From a virus, in IMG/VR virus record IMGVR_UViG_3300017917_002350, positions 6,723-70,722 of that record: a stretch of DNA of 64,000 nt; one strand, written 5' to 3'. Positions 1-9,682 of the stretch are shown in pieces. The notes beneath the pieces were generated by a model. That model was not told where the DNA came from and did no database searches. It worked only from the letters and a program-made list of their open reading frames with translations. How positions within the stretch are numbered: position 1 is the stretch's first letter; the number at the start of each line of letters is the position of its first letter. The position numbers and the translations under genes were made by a program.

Positions 1-1032
1 AAAAGTATTACAAAAAGTATTGACGGTATCAGTGTTGGATTTAACGATCCAACAGACTGGATCAGCACAAACAACTACGCACTCAACTACCTTATTAGCG
101 GCGACTTTAACAAAGGTATTCCGATGGGCAAAGTTACTGTATTTGCTGGGGAATCTGGTGCGGGTAAATCCTTTATCTGCTCGGGAAATCTCGTCAAGAA
201 TGCGCAAGAGCAAGGCATTTATGTTATCCTTATTGATACTGAGAACGCACTTGACGAAGCGTGGTTACACGCTCTTGGCGTCAACACAAGCGATGAGAAA
301 CTTCTCAAACTCAATATGGCCATGATCGACGATGTGGCCAAAATGATCACAGAGTTTGTTAAAGAGTATAAAACGTTGCCTGAAGATCAGAGACCCAAGG
401 TTCTAATTGTGTTAGACAGTTTGGGTATGCTGCTTACTCCTACTGACGTCAATCAGTTTGAAGCTGGTGACTTAAAAGGTGACATGGGTCGTAAGCCCAA
501 GGCACTTACGGCATTAGTACGTAACTGTGTGAACATGTTTGGCAGTTTGAATATTGGCCTAGTGGCTACCAATCATACCTATGCCAGTCAAGACATGTTT
601 GACCCAGATGACAAGATTTCAGGTGGACAGGGTTTTATCTATGCAAGCAGTATAGTTGTTGCTATGCGCAAACTCAAGCTTAAAGAAGATGAAGATGGCA
701 ACAAGATTAGTGAAGTAAAAGGTATTAGAGCAGCTTGCAAGATTATGAAAACACGTTACGCAAAACCGTTTGAAAGTGTGCAGGTCAAGATTCCTTATGA
801 GTCTGGGATGAATCCATATAGCGGACTAGTAGACATGTTTGAAGGCAAAGGTTTATTGACCAAAGAAGGCAACAGTCTTAAATACACGCTAGCAGATGGT
901 ACAGTTATTAAACAGTTTCGTAAAGCATGGGAGCGCAATGAGGATAATAGTTTGGATCGAGTAATGGCAGATTTTACAGCTAATCCTCATAAAGATACCA
1001 TTTCTATTCAACCGGAAGAGGAACCAGTATAA
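1..1032 (+). CDS. uvsX: RecA-like recombinase UvsX (5'-truncated by window edge)
   Basis: Frame 1 is open from base 1 (..DWISTNNYALNYLISGDFNKGIPMGK..); Walker A GESGAGKS, IDTENALD, LDSLGML, SGGQG motifs. Confidence 0.92.
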   Translation, partial: KSITKSIDGISVGFNDPTDWISTNNYALNYLISGDFNKGIPMGKVTVFAGESGAGKSFICSGNLVKNAQEQGIYVILIDTENALDEAWLHALGVNTSDEKLLKLNMAMIDDVAKMITEFVKEYKTLPEDQRPKVLIVLDSLGMLLTPTDVNQFEAGDLKGDMGRKPKALTALVRNCVNMFGSLNIGLVATNHTYASQDMFDPDDKISGGQGFIYASSIVVAMRKLKLKEDEDGNKISEVKGIRAACKIMKTRYAKPFESVQVKIPYESGMNPYSGLVDMFEGKGLLTKEGNSLKYTLADGTVIKQFRKAWERNEDNSLDRVMADFTANPHKDTISIQPEEEPV

Positions 1033-1271
1033 TGAGTATTGATGTTGAAGTATTAATTGAATCATACACTATTTTAAAACAATATATTCCTACCAAAGAC
1101 CGTCAGGAGGCAGCAGATAATTTAATGAGTGTTATGGTGGATCTTTTAAGCGATGATCAACTTAAGGAATTAGGCACAGTTGATTTACCACTAAGCAGAG
1201 CATTAAAAGAATATACTTCAGATGACCAAGAAAATTCTGACGACGATGACTACAATTATGACGAACGATAG
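1032..1271 (+). CDS. small acidic hypothetical protein
   Basis: 79 aa ORF translationally coupled to uvsX (TAATG); acidic C-terminus. Confidence 0.7.
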   Translation: MSIDVEVLIESYTILKQYIPTKDRQEAADNLMSVMVDLLSDDQLKELGTVDLPLSRALKEYTSDDQENSDDDDYNYDER

Positions 1272-2439
1272 AGATTACTATTGTTCAGTTAAATTCAAGT
1301 ATCTTAAGGTTGATTTAGAATCAAAAATTTCTTACAATTGCCATGCTGCTGAGCCACATGCTATTGACTTTCAATGGCTACAAAAAAATAAAGGACAATT
1401 ATTTAATAGTGTTATAAATGTGTTTGAGCGCAATGAAATGTTGCAAAACATTCGAAATAAAAGTTGTAATCAGAATTGTTGGAAAGCAGAAGATCTTGGG
1501 CAGCTAAGTCCTCGGCAGATTCAACAAGGACAAGAAAAAACTCATTATGACGTAATTACTAACCCAGAAATTATAGATCTTACTATAGGCACTGATTGCA
1601 ATTTGACATGTTCGTACTGTTCAAAAGAAAACAGTAGTGCTTGGCGAAATGATTTATCAAAAAATGGGTTCTATCATATTAAAGAAGAAGAAAAAAGATA
1701 TTCAAATAACAAGTTGGATTTAGTATTATCAAATATCTCTCAAGTGAATAGATATAATTCAAAACCTTCTTTAATGATTAGGGATGAGATATCTGCACTC
1801 TCAAATAATTTGAAAGAATTAGTTATTACTGGCGGAGAACCTTTATTACACAAATTTTTAATTGAAATTATTGATAGCTATAAACATGTACCTAAAATTA
1901 AATTGTTTACTGGTTTAGGAATTAACTTTGACAAATTTTCCAAGCTGATGTCAAAAATAAAAGTATACGATAATTTGTATATAGCAATAAGTGTGGAATC
2001 TACAAAAGAGAATTATGAATTTAATCGTTATGGTATGAGATGGAATGATTTGATTAAAAAAATAGATTTTTTAAAGGAAAATAATTTTAATATTGTTTTT
2101 CATTCTACCTTGTCAAATTTGACTTTACTTGATTTTGATAGTTTTTATAATTTGTTTTCTAAGAATCATCAAATTGAATATGACTTAGTGTATAATCCGT
2201 ATTTTATGGCACCAAACGTACTTGATGATAGTAGCAAACACGAAATTATAAGTAAATTAAAAAAAATATCATTGGATAACAAAGATATGATAATATCTAG
2301 TATCGCACAAGAGTCAACAGACAATCAAAAAAATAATCTTAAATATTTTTTAGAAGAATTTGTCAAAAGACGTAATGATTTGTCTTTATCAATTTTTCCT
2401 AAATCATTTTTACAATGGTTAAACATAAATGTGGTATAA
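1258..2439 (+). CDS. radical SAM protein (twitch/SPASM-like N-terminal Cys region)
   Basis: CNLTCSYC (CxxxCxxC), ITGGEPLL, ISVES; start may be 1222 or 1258. Confidence 0.8.
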   Translation: MTNDRDYYCSVKFKYLKVDLESKISYNCHAAEPHAIDFQWLQKNKGQLFNSVINVFERNEMLQNIRNKSCNQNCWKAEDLGQLSPRQIQQGQEKTHYDVITNPEIIDLTIGTDCNLTCSYCSKENSSAWRNDLSKNGFYHIKEEEKRYSNNKLDLVLSNISQVNRYNSKPSLMIRDEISALSNNLKELVITGGEPLLHKFLIEIIDSYKHVPKIKLFTGLGINFDKFSKLMSKIKVYDNLYIAISVESTKENYEFNRYGMRWNDLIKKIDFLKENNFNIVFHSTLSNLTLLDFDSFYNLFSKNHQIEYDLVYNPYFMAPNVLDDSSKHEIISKLKKISLDNKDMIISSIAQESTDNQKNNLKYFLEEFVKRRNDLSLSIFPKSFLQWLNINVV

Positions 2440-2881
2440 TAGAATTGTTGCGGATCTTGGAGAAATTCCTAACTTCATTGATTATTACGAAGGTGAACTT
2501 GCACAGGCAAAAACAGAAACATTTATACGTGGTAATGTTGAAAAGTCCGCTGCGAATTTACCGGGTATTACAGAGCACCGATTTAACCAGCTTCAGGAGA
2601 TCGAGGCTGTACTTAACTATCTTAATATACAACTTCGCAAGATTAGACGAAAGCATTTTCAAAAATACTTGGAATCTTATGCCCGAGCTCTTACAAGTCG
2701 CGACGCTGAGAAATACACAGATGGCGAGGATGAAGTCATTGACTTTGAAACTATCATTAATGAAGTTGCTCTTCTTAGAAACAAATGGCTTGGAGTTATG
2801 AAAGGTCTTGAAAGCAAAAACTTTATGCTAGGTCATGTTGTTCGACTGAGAACAGCAGGCATGGAAGATATTGTTGTCTAA
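2429..2881 (+). CDS. uvsY: recombination mediator UvsY-like
   Basis: 150 aa helical protein, KYLESYARALTSRDAEKY..KGLESK..LR.AGMED pattern; close to uvsX. Confidence 0.8.
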   Translation: MWYNRIVADLGEIPNFIDYYEGELAQAKTETFIRGNVEKSAANLPGITEHRFNQLQEIEAVLNYLNIQLRKIRRKHFQKYLESYARALTSRDAEKYTDGEDEVIDFETIINEVALLRNKWLGVMKGLESKNFMLGHVVRLRTAGMEDIVV

Positions 2882-3132
2882 TGGATTATCAAACCCACGC
2901 CAAAGAACTATTGCAAGAGTGGACATTGTGTTTGAATGCAAAACCCAAAAATGATGTTATTTCTATTCAAATTGAAAAAGATGTTTTAGGCATGTGGGCA
3001 GTAAATCTTATTCATATTCTGAATTGGGGATCAGATTCTGAACTAGCAGAGGCATGCCATCAATTTGAATCAAGACTAACATCTTTAAAACGTAAAATAA
3101 TAATGGAGGTATTACGTAATGGGTTTGTTTAG
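2881..3132 (+). CDS. hypothetical protein
   Basis: 83 aa ORF, coupled to neighbours. Confidence 0.6.
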   Translation: MDYQTHAKELLQEWTLCLNAKPKNDVISIQIEKDVLGMWAVNLIHILNWGSDSELAEACHQFESRLTSLKRKIIMEVLRNGFV

Positions 3133-3880
3133 AAACTCTCAAAGCAGTTACCAACACACACAATTTATTAGAGATCTACTGTATCAATATGACAGTTTTT
3201 TAGATAGCCTAGAAGTTGTTGCTGATTTTGGTTGTGGCGAAGGATTAGATATAGAATGGTGGGCCACACTTGAAACTAGAGATGACCCACCTGAACCTAG
3301 AAACTATCTTTGCTACGCTGTAGATAAAAATGTCAAACAAATTAAATCAGAAGTTGAAAGTTTGTCAAATGTTCGAGTAATTCAAGCAGACCTAGAAGAC
3401 CCAGACAGATTTATATCTCGCCAGATTGACCTAATCTGGTGTCATGATGTTTTTCAATATATGACCAATCCTGTTTATACATTACGTCAATGGAACGAAA
3501 TGATGAGTGTGAATGGTATGTTGGTAATGAGCATTCCGCAAGCGGTGCATTATGAACACAATAGATTAAACACTCTAAGTCATAATGGATGGTTCTTCAA
3601 TCACAATGTGGTAAACATGATGTATATGTTGGCTGTGAATGGATTCGATTGTCGCGATGCATATTTTTACAAAGATATAAACGATATGTGGTTACATATT
3701 GCAGTTTACAAAAGTGAAATACAACCAATGGATCCCAAAACAACTACATGGCATGATCTAATAGATGTCAAGCTAGTAAACGAAAGTGTTAAAACCTGCA
3801 TTGATCGTTATGGTTATGTACGTCAAGACGAATTACTTACAACCTGGCTGAATAAAGACTATTATAGAATCAAAGAATGA
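3119..3880 (+). CDS. class I SAM-dependent methyltransferase
   Basis: VADFGCGEG motif I, DLIWCHDVFQY, GMLVMSIP. Confidence 0.8.
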   Translation: MGLFRNSQSSYQHTQFIRDLLYQYDSFLDSLEVVADFGCGEGLDIEWWATLETRDDPPEPRNYLCYAVDKNVKQIKSEVESLSNVRVIQADLEDPDRFISRQIDLIWCHDVFQYMTNPVYTLRQWNEMMSVNGMLVMSIPQAVHYEHNRLNTLSHNGWFFNHNVVNMMYMLAVNGFDCRDAYFYKDINDMWLHIAVYKSEIQPMDPKTTTWHDLIDVKLVNESVKTCIDRYGYVRQDELLTTWLNKDYYRIKE

Positions 3881-3927
3881 AAATAGTTATTGTTACCGGC
3901 GGATTTGATCCAAGATTGGATAAATAA
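3877..3927 (+). pseudogene. orphan 5' fragment of cytidylyltransferase gene (MKIVIVTGGFDP-RLDK*)
   Basis: ATG overlaps the upstream stop (ATGA); encodes the TGGFDP start of the HxGH nucleotidyltransferase motif, then stops before the HNH gene. Confidence 0.75.
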
Positions 3928-3950
3928 GCATATAAAGGAATTTATATGTT
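3921..3950 (+). promoter_or_regulatory. late-type TAAATA promoter plus RBS/start-sequestering hairpin of the HNH gene
   Basis: TAAATA 3921-3926; stem CATATAAA-GGAA-TTTATATG (3929-3948) covers AAGGA and the ATG. Confidence 0.65.
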
Positions 3951-4608
3951 CGCTAATAACAAATATACTATTCTGTATTATAAAATTATTAATAATAGAA
4001 AATCAAACCCGTTTAACGGATATGTGGAAAAACACCACATAATACCAAGAAGTCTAAACGGATCAAATAAAAAAGAAAATCTAGTTGCACTTTCTGCTCG
4101 AGAACATTTTATATGTCATAGACTATTAGTTAAAATGACAACAGGACAAGATAAAGTTAAAATGTCTTATGCTATTAGAACGATGATGAATAGAGAAAAT
4201 GAATACCAACAAAGATATAAAATAACTTCTAAGGTATATGAGTCTATAATAGCAAATACCAAATCTATTATTGGGACTGCTCTCACAGGCAAAAATAATC
4301 CGTATTACGGTAAAAATCACACAGAGAATACTAAAAATAAAATGAAGGCTAGTCGAAAATTACAGGCGCCGCCTATGCTAGGAAAAACTCACAGTATGTG
4401 TACTAGAAATAAACTAAGAGAAGCTAATAAACTACAATTTAGTGATCCAAAACAAATTGAAATGAGACGAACAGGTTGCAATAAAATTCAAGGTATGAAG
4501 ATCTATCATAACTTAGATGGTAAAACAAAATACTTCGTTGAAGGAACACAACCCAGCGGGTGGGTAAAAGGCCGAGTACTGAAATCAAAAGGAGGTAGTA
4601 GTGAATAA
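3946..4608 (+). mobile_element. free-standing HNH homing endonuclease with NUMOD3-like repeats
   Basis: YVEKHHIIPRS..NLVALSAREHFICHRLL; NPYYGKNHTENTK and MLGKTHS NUMOD3-like motifs; interrupts a nucleotidyltransferase gene. Confidence 0.88.
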
Positions 4609-5378
4609 AATTGTTTTAGCTACTGGCGGCTTTTGATCCCCTACATTCAGGACATATCTCTTATTTAAATCACGCCGATCATTTAGGAGATTGGCTTATT
4701 GTTGGGCTTAATTCTGATGCATGGCTCTCACGTAAGAAAGGTAGACCATTTATGTCATGGCATGAGCGAATGACAGTGCTAGACAATCTGCACATGGTTG
4801 ACCGTGTAATTGAATTTGATGATAGCAACGATACTGCCATTGACGCTATTAAAAAAGTTAAAGAATTATTTCCAGGAAATCAAATTATTTTTGCCAATGG
4901 CGGAGATCGCACTGCACAAAACATACCCGAAATGATATTTGATGATGTGGAATTTGCGTTCGGAGTAGGCGGTGAGGACAAAAAAAATAGTAGCAGCGAT
5001 ATTCTTAAGCGTTGGACATCAATTGAAGTTCAAAGATCGTGGGGATCATACACAGTGCTCAACGAAATACCTGGTGCAAAAGTAAAAACTCTAGTAGTAC
5101 AACCGGGGCAAACTTTAAGCATGCAAAGACATCAACATAGAAGTGAATATTGGATGGTCACTGAAGGAACGTGTATGATCAACATGGCACTGCCCGAAGA
5201 CATGTCTAACCCACCAAAAATTTTAGGAAAATACGACGAATGGCGTGTGCCTCGAAACACATGGCATCAACTTACTAATCCGTTTACAAAACCCTGTACC
5301 ATAATAGAAATACAATACGGTGAAAAGTGCGAAGAAGAAGATATAGAGAGACTAGATTCCGCCAGTCAAGCAACGTAG
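4601..5378 (+). CDS. cytidylyltransferase-like (HxGH) + cupin (mannose-6-phosphate isomerase-like) fusion; needs +1 frameshift at 4631-4636
   Basis: GGAGG SD, GTG start, (M)NKIVLATGGF then TGA; the +1 frame reads DPLHSGHISYL..VGLNSD..RKKGRPFMSW, ANGGDR, then RSWGSY..SMQRHQHRSEYW..HQL..IEIQYG cupin. Confidence 0.8.
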
Positions 5379-5435
5379 ATACAAATCTGCTTGTCTTTGT
5401 CTGTATTCAATTATTGCCAGTATAATTTTACGCAT
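5352..5435 (-). CDS. putative 27 aa micropeptide (MRKIILAIIEYRQRQADLYLRCLTGGI)
   Basis: ATG overlaps the end of the 5428-5592 ORF; short, no other support. Confidence 0.3.
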   Translation of the reverse strand: MRKIILAIIEYRQRQADLYLRCLTGGI

Positions 5436-5592
5436 TTGGTTTCCAGTTGCTTTGATTTTGATATGTATATTGTTGCAGCCAGTGTTCTACGTCAGCAGCA
5501 TTTTTTGGATTTTTTGATTCGATGTATCGTTCAACATCGCTTTTATATGCAAAACAGTCTCGTAAACGTTTCGCTAGACTTTGACAGCCCAT
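5428..5592 (-). CDS. small protein, DUF3563-like
   Basis: AAGGAGA SD upstream on the minus strand; VERYIESKNPKNAADVEHW resembles the DUF3563 pattern (recalled, not searched). Confidence 0.55.
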   Translation of the reverse strand: MGCQSLAKRLRDCFAYKSDVERYIESKNPKNAADVEHWLQQYTYQNQSNWKPNA

Positions 5593-5674
5593 GTTTTCTC
5601 CTTGTGGGTTATATGGGTATTTATTGCGTTGCAACATCTATAAACAGAATAGTTAAAACCATAAATAGTTGATT

Positions 5675-6856
5675 ATGCGCGAACTTATCAACATTCTTAC
5701 AGAAACAGCCACAAAACAAGATATACAAGATATACTTGCTCAGAACGGTTACACAGATCTAAAAATCTCCGGCAATAAGATTGCGGTGCTTGTACAAGTT
5801 CCTGATGGACAAATTAAAGATGCTTTTAGATTCAAAGTATTACAAGATTTAGAAGGCATAATGAATGCGGCCGATCCTGAACTCGATGCAAGATACAGTC
5901 CCTATCGAACCATCAGCAGCATCGGGCATATTGACTTTTGGGAAAGTCCGGTAAAATTGCTGGTCAAAGATAAGGGAGTGCAAGGTGATAAAAGTGCTGG
6001 TGTCGCAAACGAAATAGAACTTGCAGGTATTTTACAGAGCGTGATTGACAAATACGGATCAGCACACGTTACTTTTGTTGACCCTCGTGGTAAATCTCTT
6101 ACAATAAACAATTGCACCAAAGTAGATATTTCAGGTAGAGATGCCAAGGGAAGAAAAAAAGCCGATGTTGTTTTAGTAAGTCCAGATAGAAATCTTCCAA
6201 TATCCATTAAAAAACTAAATGCTGAAGCATGGGAAAGTGCAGATAATTTGTTTGGACAAAAGGCAAGAAATATAATTGATAAATTAGTAGATGATAAAGT
6301 TGTCAAACTTGATAAATTAGAAACATCATCGGATGCTCAACCAATATTTTCTTTAAGTAAGGAAATAGTAGTTGAACCCACCGAACAAGAAGCCATGTCC
6401 GCAATTTTTGGAAGCGACCTGAATCCACAAGGCGGCATTATAATCCAAACATTCAAGCCAGAACATTTTGTACAAGAAGAAAACAAAGTTCGAGTTGAAT
6501 GTCATGCTGTAATTACCAATAAAGAAGAAATTCCAGAAAGTCATTTAATGGTTTGGTTACTGCGTAACGACAGCAATAGAAACAGTAAAGCTCTTGGCAT
6601 TCGGGGCATCAGGATTATGGCAGTAACATTGACTAGAGGTATTGGCCGAACAGGTAAAAAAGATGTAATACTGGTTGATCAATATGGCAATGTGATTGAA
6701 AGAAACTTTGATCCAAGCGATGAACAAGACCAAGAAGTAACAACCAAGCAATTAAAACAGTTTGATCCAGAAAAAACTCGAGTCAAAATAAAGCCAAAAG
6801 GCAGACGTGCTGAACCTCGAGATAATGATTCTTCTCCAAGACAAAAAAGAGATTGA
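5675..6856 (+). CDS. late protein with PD-(D/E)xK nuclease-like motif
   Basis: TAAATA 5662-5667 upstream; MRELINILTE leader; E..KADVVL..PISIKK. Confidence 0.55.
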   Translation: MRELINILTETATKQDIQDILAQNGYTDLKISGNKIAVLVQVPDGQIKDAFRFKVLQDLEGIMNAADPELDARYSPYRTISSIGHIDFWESPVKLLVKDKGVQGDKSAGVANEIELAGILQSVIDKYGSAHVTFVDPRGKSLTINNCTKVDISGRDAKGRKKADVVLVSPDRNLPISIKKLNAEAWESADNLFGQKARNIIDKLVDDKVVKLDKLETSSDAQPIFSLSKEIVVEPTEQEAMSAIFGSDLNPQGGIIIQTFKPEHFVQEENKVRVECHAVITNKEEIPESHLMVWLLRNDSNRNSKALGIRGIRIMAVTLTRGIGRTGKKDVILVDQYGNVIERNFDPSDEQDQEVTTKQLKQFDPEKTRVKIKPKGRRAEPRDNDSSPRQKRD

Positions 6857-6881
6857 TTTTCTAATTTGTATCACGTATAAT
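6853..6881 (+). promoter_or_regulatory. sigma70-type promoter
   Basis: TTGATT-17 nt-TATAAT; ATG at 6888. Confidence 0.6.
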
Positions 6882-6887
6882 AAATCA

Positions 6888-7157
6888 ATGAACGATAAAC
6901 AAAAAGAAATTCTTGTTATTACACAAGAAGAATGTGCTGAGGTTATCCAAGAAATTTCTAAAATTTTTAGATTTGGTATAGATGAATTCCATAAAGATGG
7001 AATTAAACACCACGAGAAATTAGAAATAGAAATTGGAGATCTTTTGTGTATGATTGATCTTTTAATAGACAATGATGTTATTGTAAGAGATAATATTTCT
7101 ACCCACATCAAAAACAAACAAGATAAACTTAAAAAATGGAGTAAAATTTATGACTGA
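6888..7157 (+). CDS. MazG-like NTP pyrophosphohydrolase
   Basis: QEECAEVIQEISK..LEIEIGDLL (ExxE..ExxD). Confidence 0.75.
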   Translation: MNDKQKEILVITQEECAEVIQEISKIFRFGIDEFHKDGIKHHEKLEIEIGDLLCMIDLLIDNDVIVRDNISTHIKNKQDKLKKWSKIYD

Positions 7158-7509
7158 TTTGTATAGAGATTTGTTGTTTGTTTTGACTGATAAATTTAAT
7201 AACTTAATTTTAACTCTTAGAGAACATATAAGACTGTCGAGTAAAAACACATCTCCTTTTTCCTATCAAGTTGATCTTGGTGTAAATGGGTTTTGGAATT
7301 TGCTTTTAGAAATAACCTTTACTGTTTTCAGTATTTTGTGTTTATTTTTTGGTGTAATTTTGACGTTGATTTTGGTTATCACATCGTATCCTTTTGCAGG
7401 ATTGTTTAATTACTTTAGATGGGTTTTGTGGCATATTTGGAATCCGGCAGATGACAACAAAAATAAAAATGAAATTAAAATTATTAAAAATTCTGAGAAA
7501 CAAAATTAG
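7150..7509 (+). CDS. hypothetical membrane protein
   Basis: 119 aa with a long hydrophobic segment. Confidence 0.55.
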   Translation: MTDLYRDLLFVLTDKFNNLILTLREHIRLSSKNTSPFSYQVDLGVNGFWNLLLEITFTVFSILCLFFGVILTLILVITSYPFAGLFNYFRWVLWHIWNPADDNKNKNEIKIIKNSEKQN

Positions 7510-7514
7510 TTTAA

Positions 7515-8297
7515 ATGATTTTAGATTTACTTGATTGGCAGCTAATAGATAAAACATTCTGGCTACCACTTATGGCCTTATGGTACTATGTATCTAAATT
7601 TGGTTACACGTTTTACATACATCGATATGTGTGGCATAATCAATACGAAATACAACCTACTTTTTTAAAAGCAGTTAAAATTTGGATCTGGCTAAATTTT
7701 CCGCAAATTTGGATTAAAGATTACCATTACTTTACCAAGCTTTTACACGTCAAACATCATTTGACTGCAGACACAGATGATGATCCGCAGACACCATTAA
7801 AATTTACACTAAAAGATTATATTTTTCAAACCAATAACATATACGCACTATCTCAAGAAGATTACATTAGATACGGACTAAAATATAAAATAAAGCGTAG
7901 TAATACTGAACCAAGAGACAAGCTTAGTTTGTTTTTATTTAAATATAATAATCTTGGAGTGGCGATTACTACTTTGATATGGACTGTAATTACAGGTTGG
8001 CCTGGTATCTTGTTTGGAATTTTTTACAAGTTTATCAATCAACATTTTATAGCGGTAAGTATTGATATGTATGCGCACAAAGGTATAGGATACAAACATC
8101 CTCATGATAAGTCATATGCAGTGCAAAGAAATCCGTGGCCTTTTACTGAAGGATTACACAGTAATCATCATGCCAATTTTAATAAAATAGACACGAGATA
8201 TCGATGGTTTGAAATTGATTTTTATTATTTGCAGATAAAATTTTTAGCTTTACTAGGACTTGTAAAAATTAATGAAAAAGCAAAAACAGAAAACTAA
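7515..8297 (+). CDS. membrane fatty-acid desaturase-like protein (divergent)
   Basis: His boxes HRYVWH, HVKHH, HSNHH; DTDDDP; RWFEID C-terminus. Confidence 0.75.
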   Translation: MILDLLDWQLIDKTFWLPLMALWYYVSKFGYTFYIHRYVWHNQYEIQPTFLKAVKIWIWLNFPQIWIKDYHYFTKLLHVKHHLTADTDDDPQTPLKFTLKDYIFQTNNIYALSQEDYIRYGLKYKIKRSNTEPRDKLSLFLFKYNNLGVAITTLIWTVITGWPGILFGIFYKFINQHFIAVSIDMYAHKGIGYKHPHDKSYAVQRNPWPFTEGLHSNHHANFNKIDTRYRWFEIDFYYLQIKFLALLGLVKINEKAKTEN

Positions 8298-8781
8298 TGT
8301 AGCAAAAGGCGCAAATAGTTATGATGCTAACTTTGATAATTCACTAGTTGCTTTTTTTAATAAAAATGTTACACCATATGCTACAGAAGTGGGTGGCCCT
8401 GCCTTTGATTTAATTCCAATAGAAAAACAGAAAGACATAATGGTCAACGTTGCTCGTATGCATGCCGAGCAAGAATACAATCGAATTATGGATTTGGTTC
8501 GAGTATTACAAAAACAAGCAAACGAAATAAAACGTAGATTATATATCACAGATGCAGTTCATGCAGCTGAATACCAATTTCAAGTTTATCACGGACAAAC
8601 TTACTGGCTCTGTTTTGATACTAAAATAAACCGTACTAGATTGTGCCATCAAGGACCAAATGATTGGAGCACTGGTGCCCCAGACAGTTACCAATATATT
8701 ACACGAGTAAAATGGTTAGGTGATTATACTTGGCAGGAAGTTACCACACAAACGTCTGACGATAGTACTCAACAATTTTAG
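8272..8781 (+). CDS. DUF2452-like protein
   Basis: PYATEVGGPAF..QVYHGQTYWL..GPNDW..DYTW pattern. Confidence 0.6.
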   Translation: MKKQKQKTNVAKGANSYDANFDNSLVAFFNKNVTPYATEVGGPAFDLIPIEKQKDIMVNVARMHAEQEYNRIMDLVRVLQKQANEIKRRLYITDAVHAAEYQFQVYHGQTYWLCFDTKINRTRLCHQGPNDWSTGAPDSYQYITRVKWLGDYTWQEVTTQTSDDSTQQF

Positions 8782-9682
8782 TCAACTCTTGGTTGAAATT
8801 TGCTTGTGGTTGCCAACCTAATTTACGTAATTTTTCATCATTGATAGCATATCTTACATCTTGCCCGGGCCTGACTAGATCTGTGACATGTTCTGTGTAT
8901 TCAAATTTAATATCAAAATTATCAAATATTTTTGCGACTACGTTTAAATTAGAATCTTCGTAATTGCCAGAAATATTAAATATATCATTTTTGGCACCCG
9001 ATTGAATTATTGTATGTATTGCTTCGGCGGTGTCGCTTACATGCAGCCAAGTTCTGCGTGGTTTACCTTGGTCGTGTAAATCAATCTTCCTACCTAATTG
9101 AAGATATTTGATTGTTTTTGGAATCAGTTTTTCTACGTATTGACCGATGCCATAATTATTGGTTGGTCTTACAATAACATATGGAATATTAAATGTTCTA
9201 GCCCATGCCTGTACCAGCATGTCTGCGGCAGCCTTGGTGGCACTATAGGGATTGCTTGGTTTAAGGAGATCCGTTTCTACATGTGCGCCTGTGACAATAT
9301 CTCCGTACACTTCATCAGTGCTAAAATGAATCAAGATAGGCATGTTGAATCTACTTTTTTGTTGAATTAGATTTAACAAATGATGTACACCATTCACATT
9401 GCTTTTTAAGAATACATCTGATCCAACAATACTGTTATCTACATGTGTTTCCGCTGCGGTATTTACTACATAGTCACAATCAACAAGTCTTTCAAGGTCG
9501 TTTATATCAGATTTAATATACTTAAATTGTGAATTTCGTTGAAATTCGTTTAAAAAATGCATATTACTGGCATAAGTTTCTCTATCTATGCCTAGTACAT
9601 AGTGCCCTTCATTTAAAAGCTTGCGGGTAACCGCAGCACCAATTAAACCCAAACAACCAGTTACATATACAATTTTGTTCAT
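8741..9682 (-). CDS. NDP-glucose 4,6-dehydratase (RmlB-like)
   Basis: VTGCLGLIG, AAETHVD, STDEVYG, YSATK, RPGQDVRYA. Confidence 0.85.
   Translation of the reverse strand: MNKIVYVTGCLGLIGAAVTRKLLNEGHYVLGIDRETYASNMHFLNEFQRNSQFKYIKSDINDLERLVDCDYVVNTAAETHVDNSIVGSDVFLKSNVNGVHHLLNLIQQKSRFNMPILIHFSTDEVYGDIVTGAHVETDLLKPSNPYSATKAAADMLVQAWARTFNIPYVIVRPTNNYGIGQYVEKLIPKTIKYLQLGRKIDLHDQGKPRRTWLHVSDTAEAIHTIIQSGAKNDIFNISGNYEDSNLNVVAKIFDNFDIKFEYTEHVTDLVRPGQDVRYAINDEKLRKLGWQPQANFNQELTKIVEYYRQTFVW

Noticed and set aside
3911-4638. Group I intron around the HNH gene
   Set aside because: The ORF fills almost the whole insert, leaving about 35 and 30 nt of flank; no room for or sign of a P3-P7 core
4752-5378. 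ATG 4752 as the true start of the cytidylyltransferase
   Set aside because: It would omit the HSGH catalytic motif encoded in the same frame at 4635-4751
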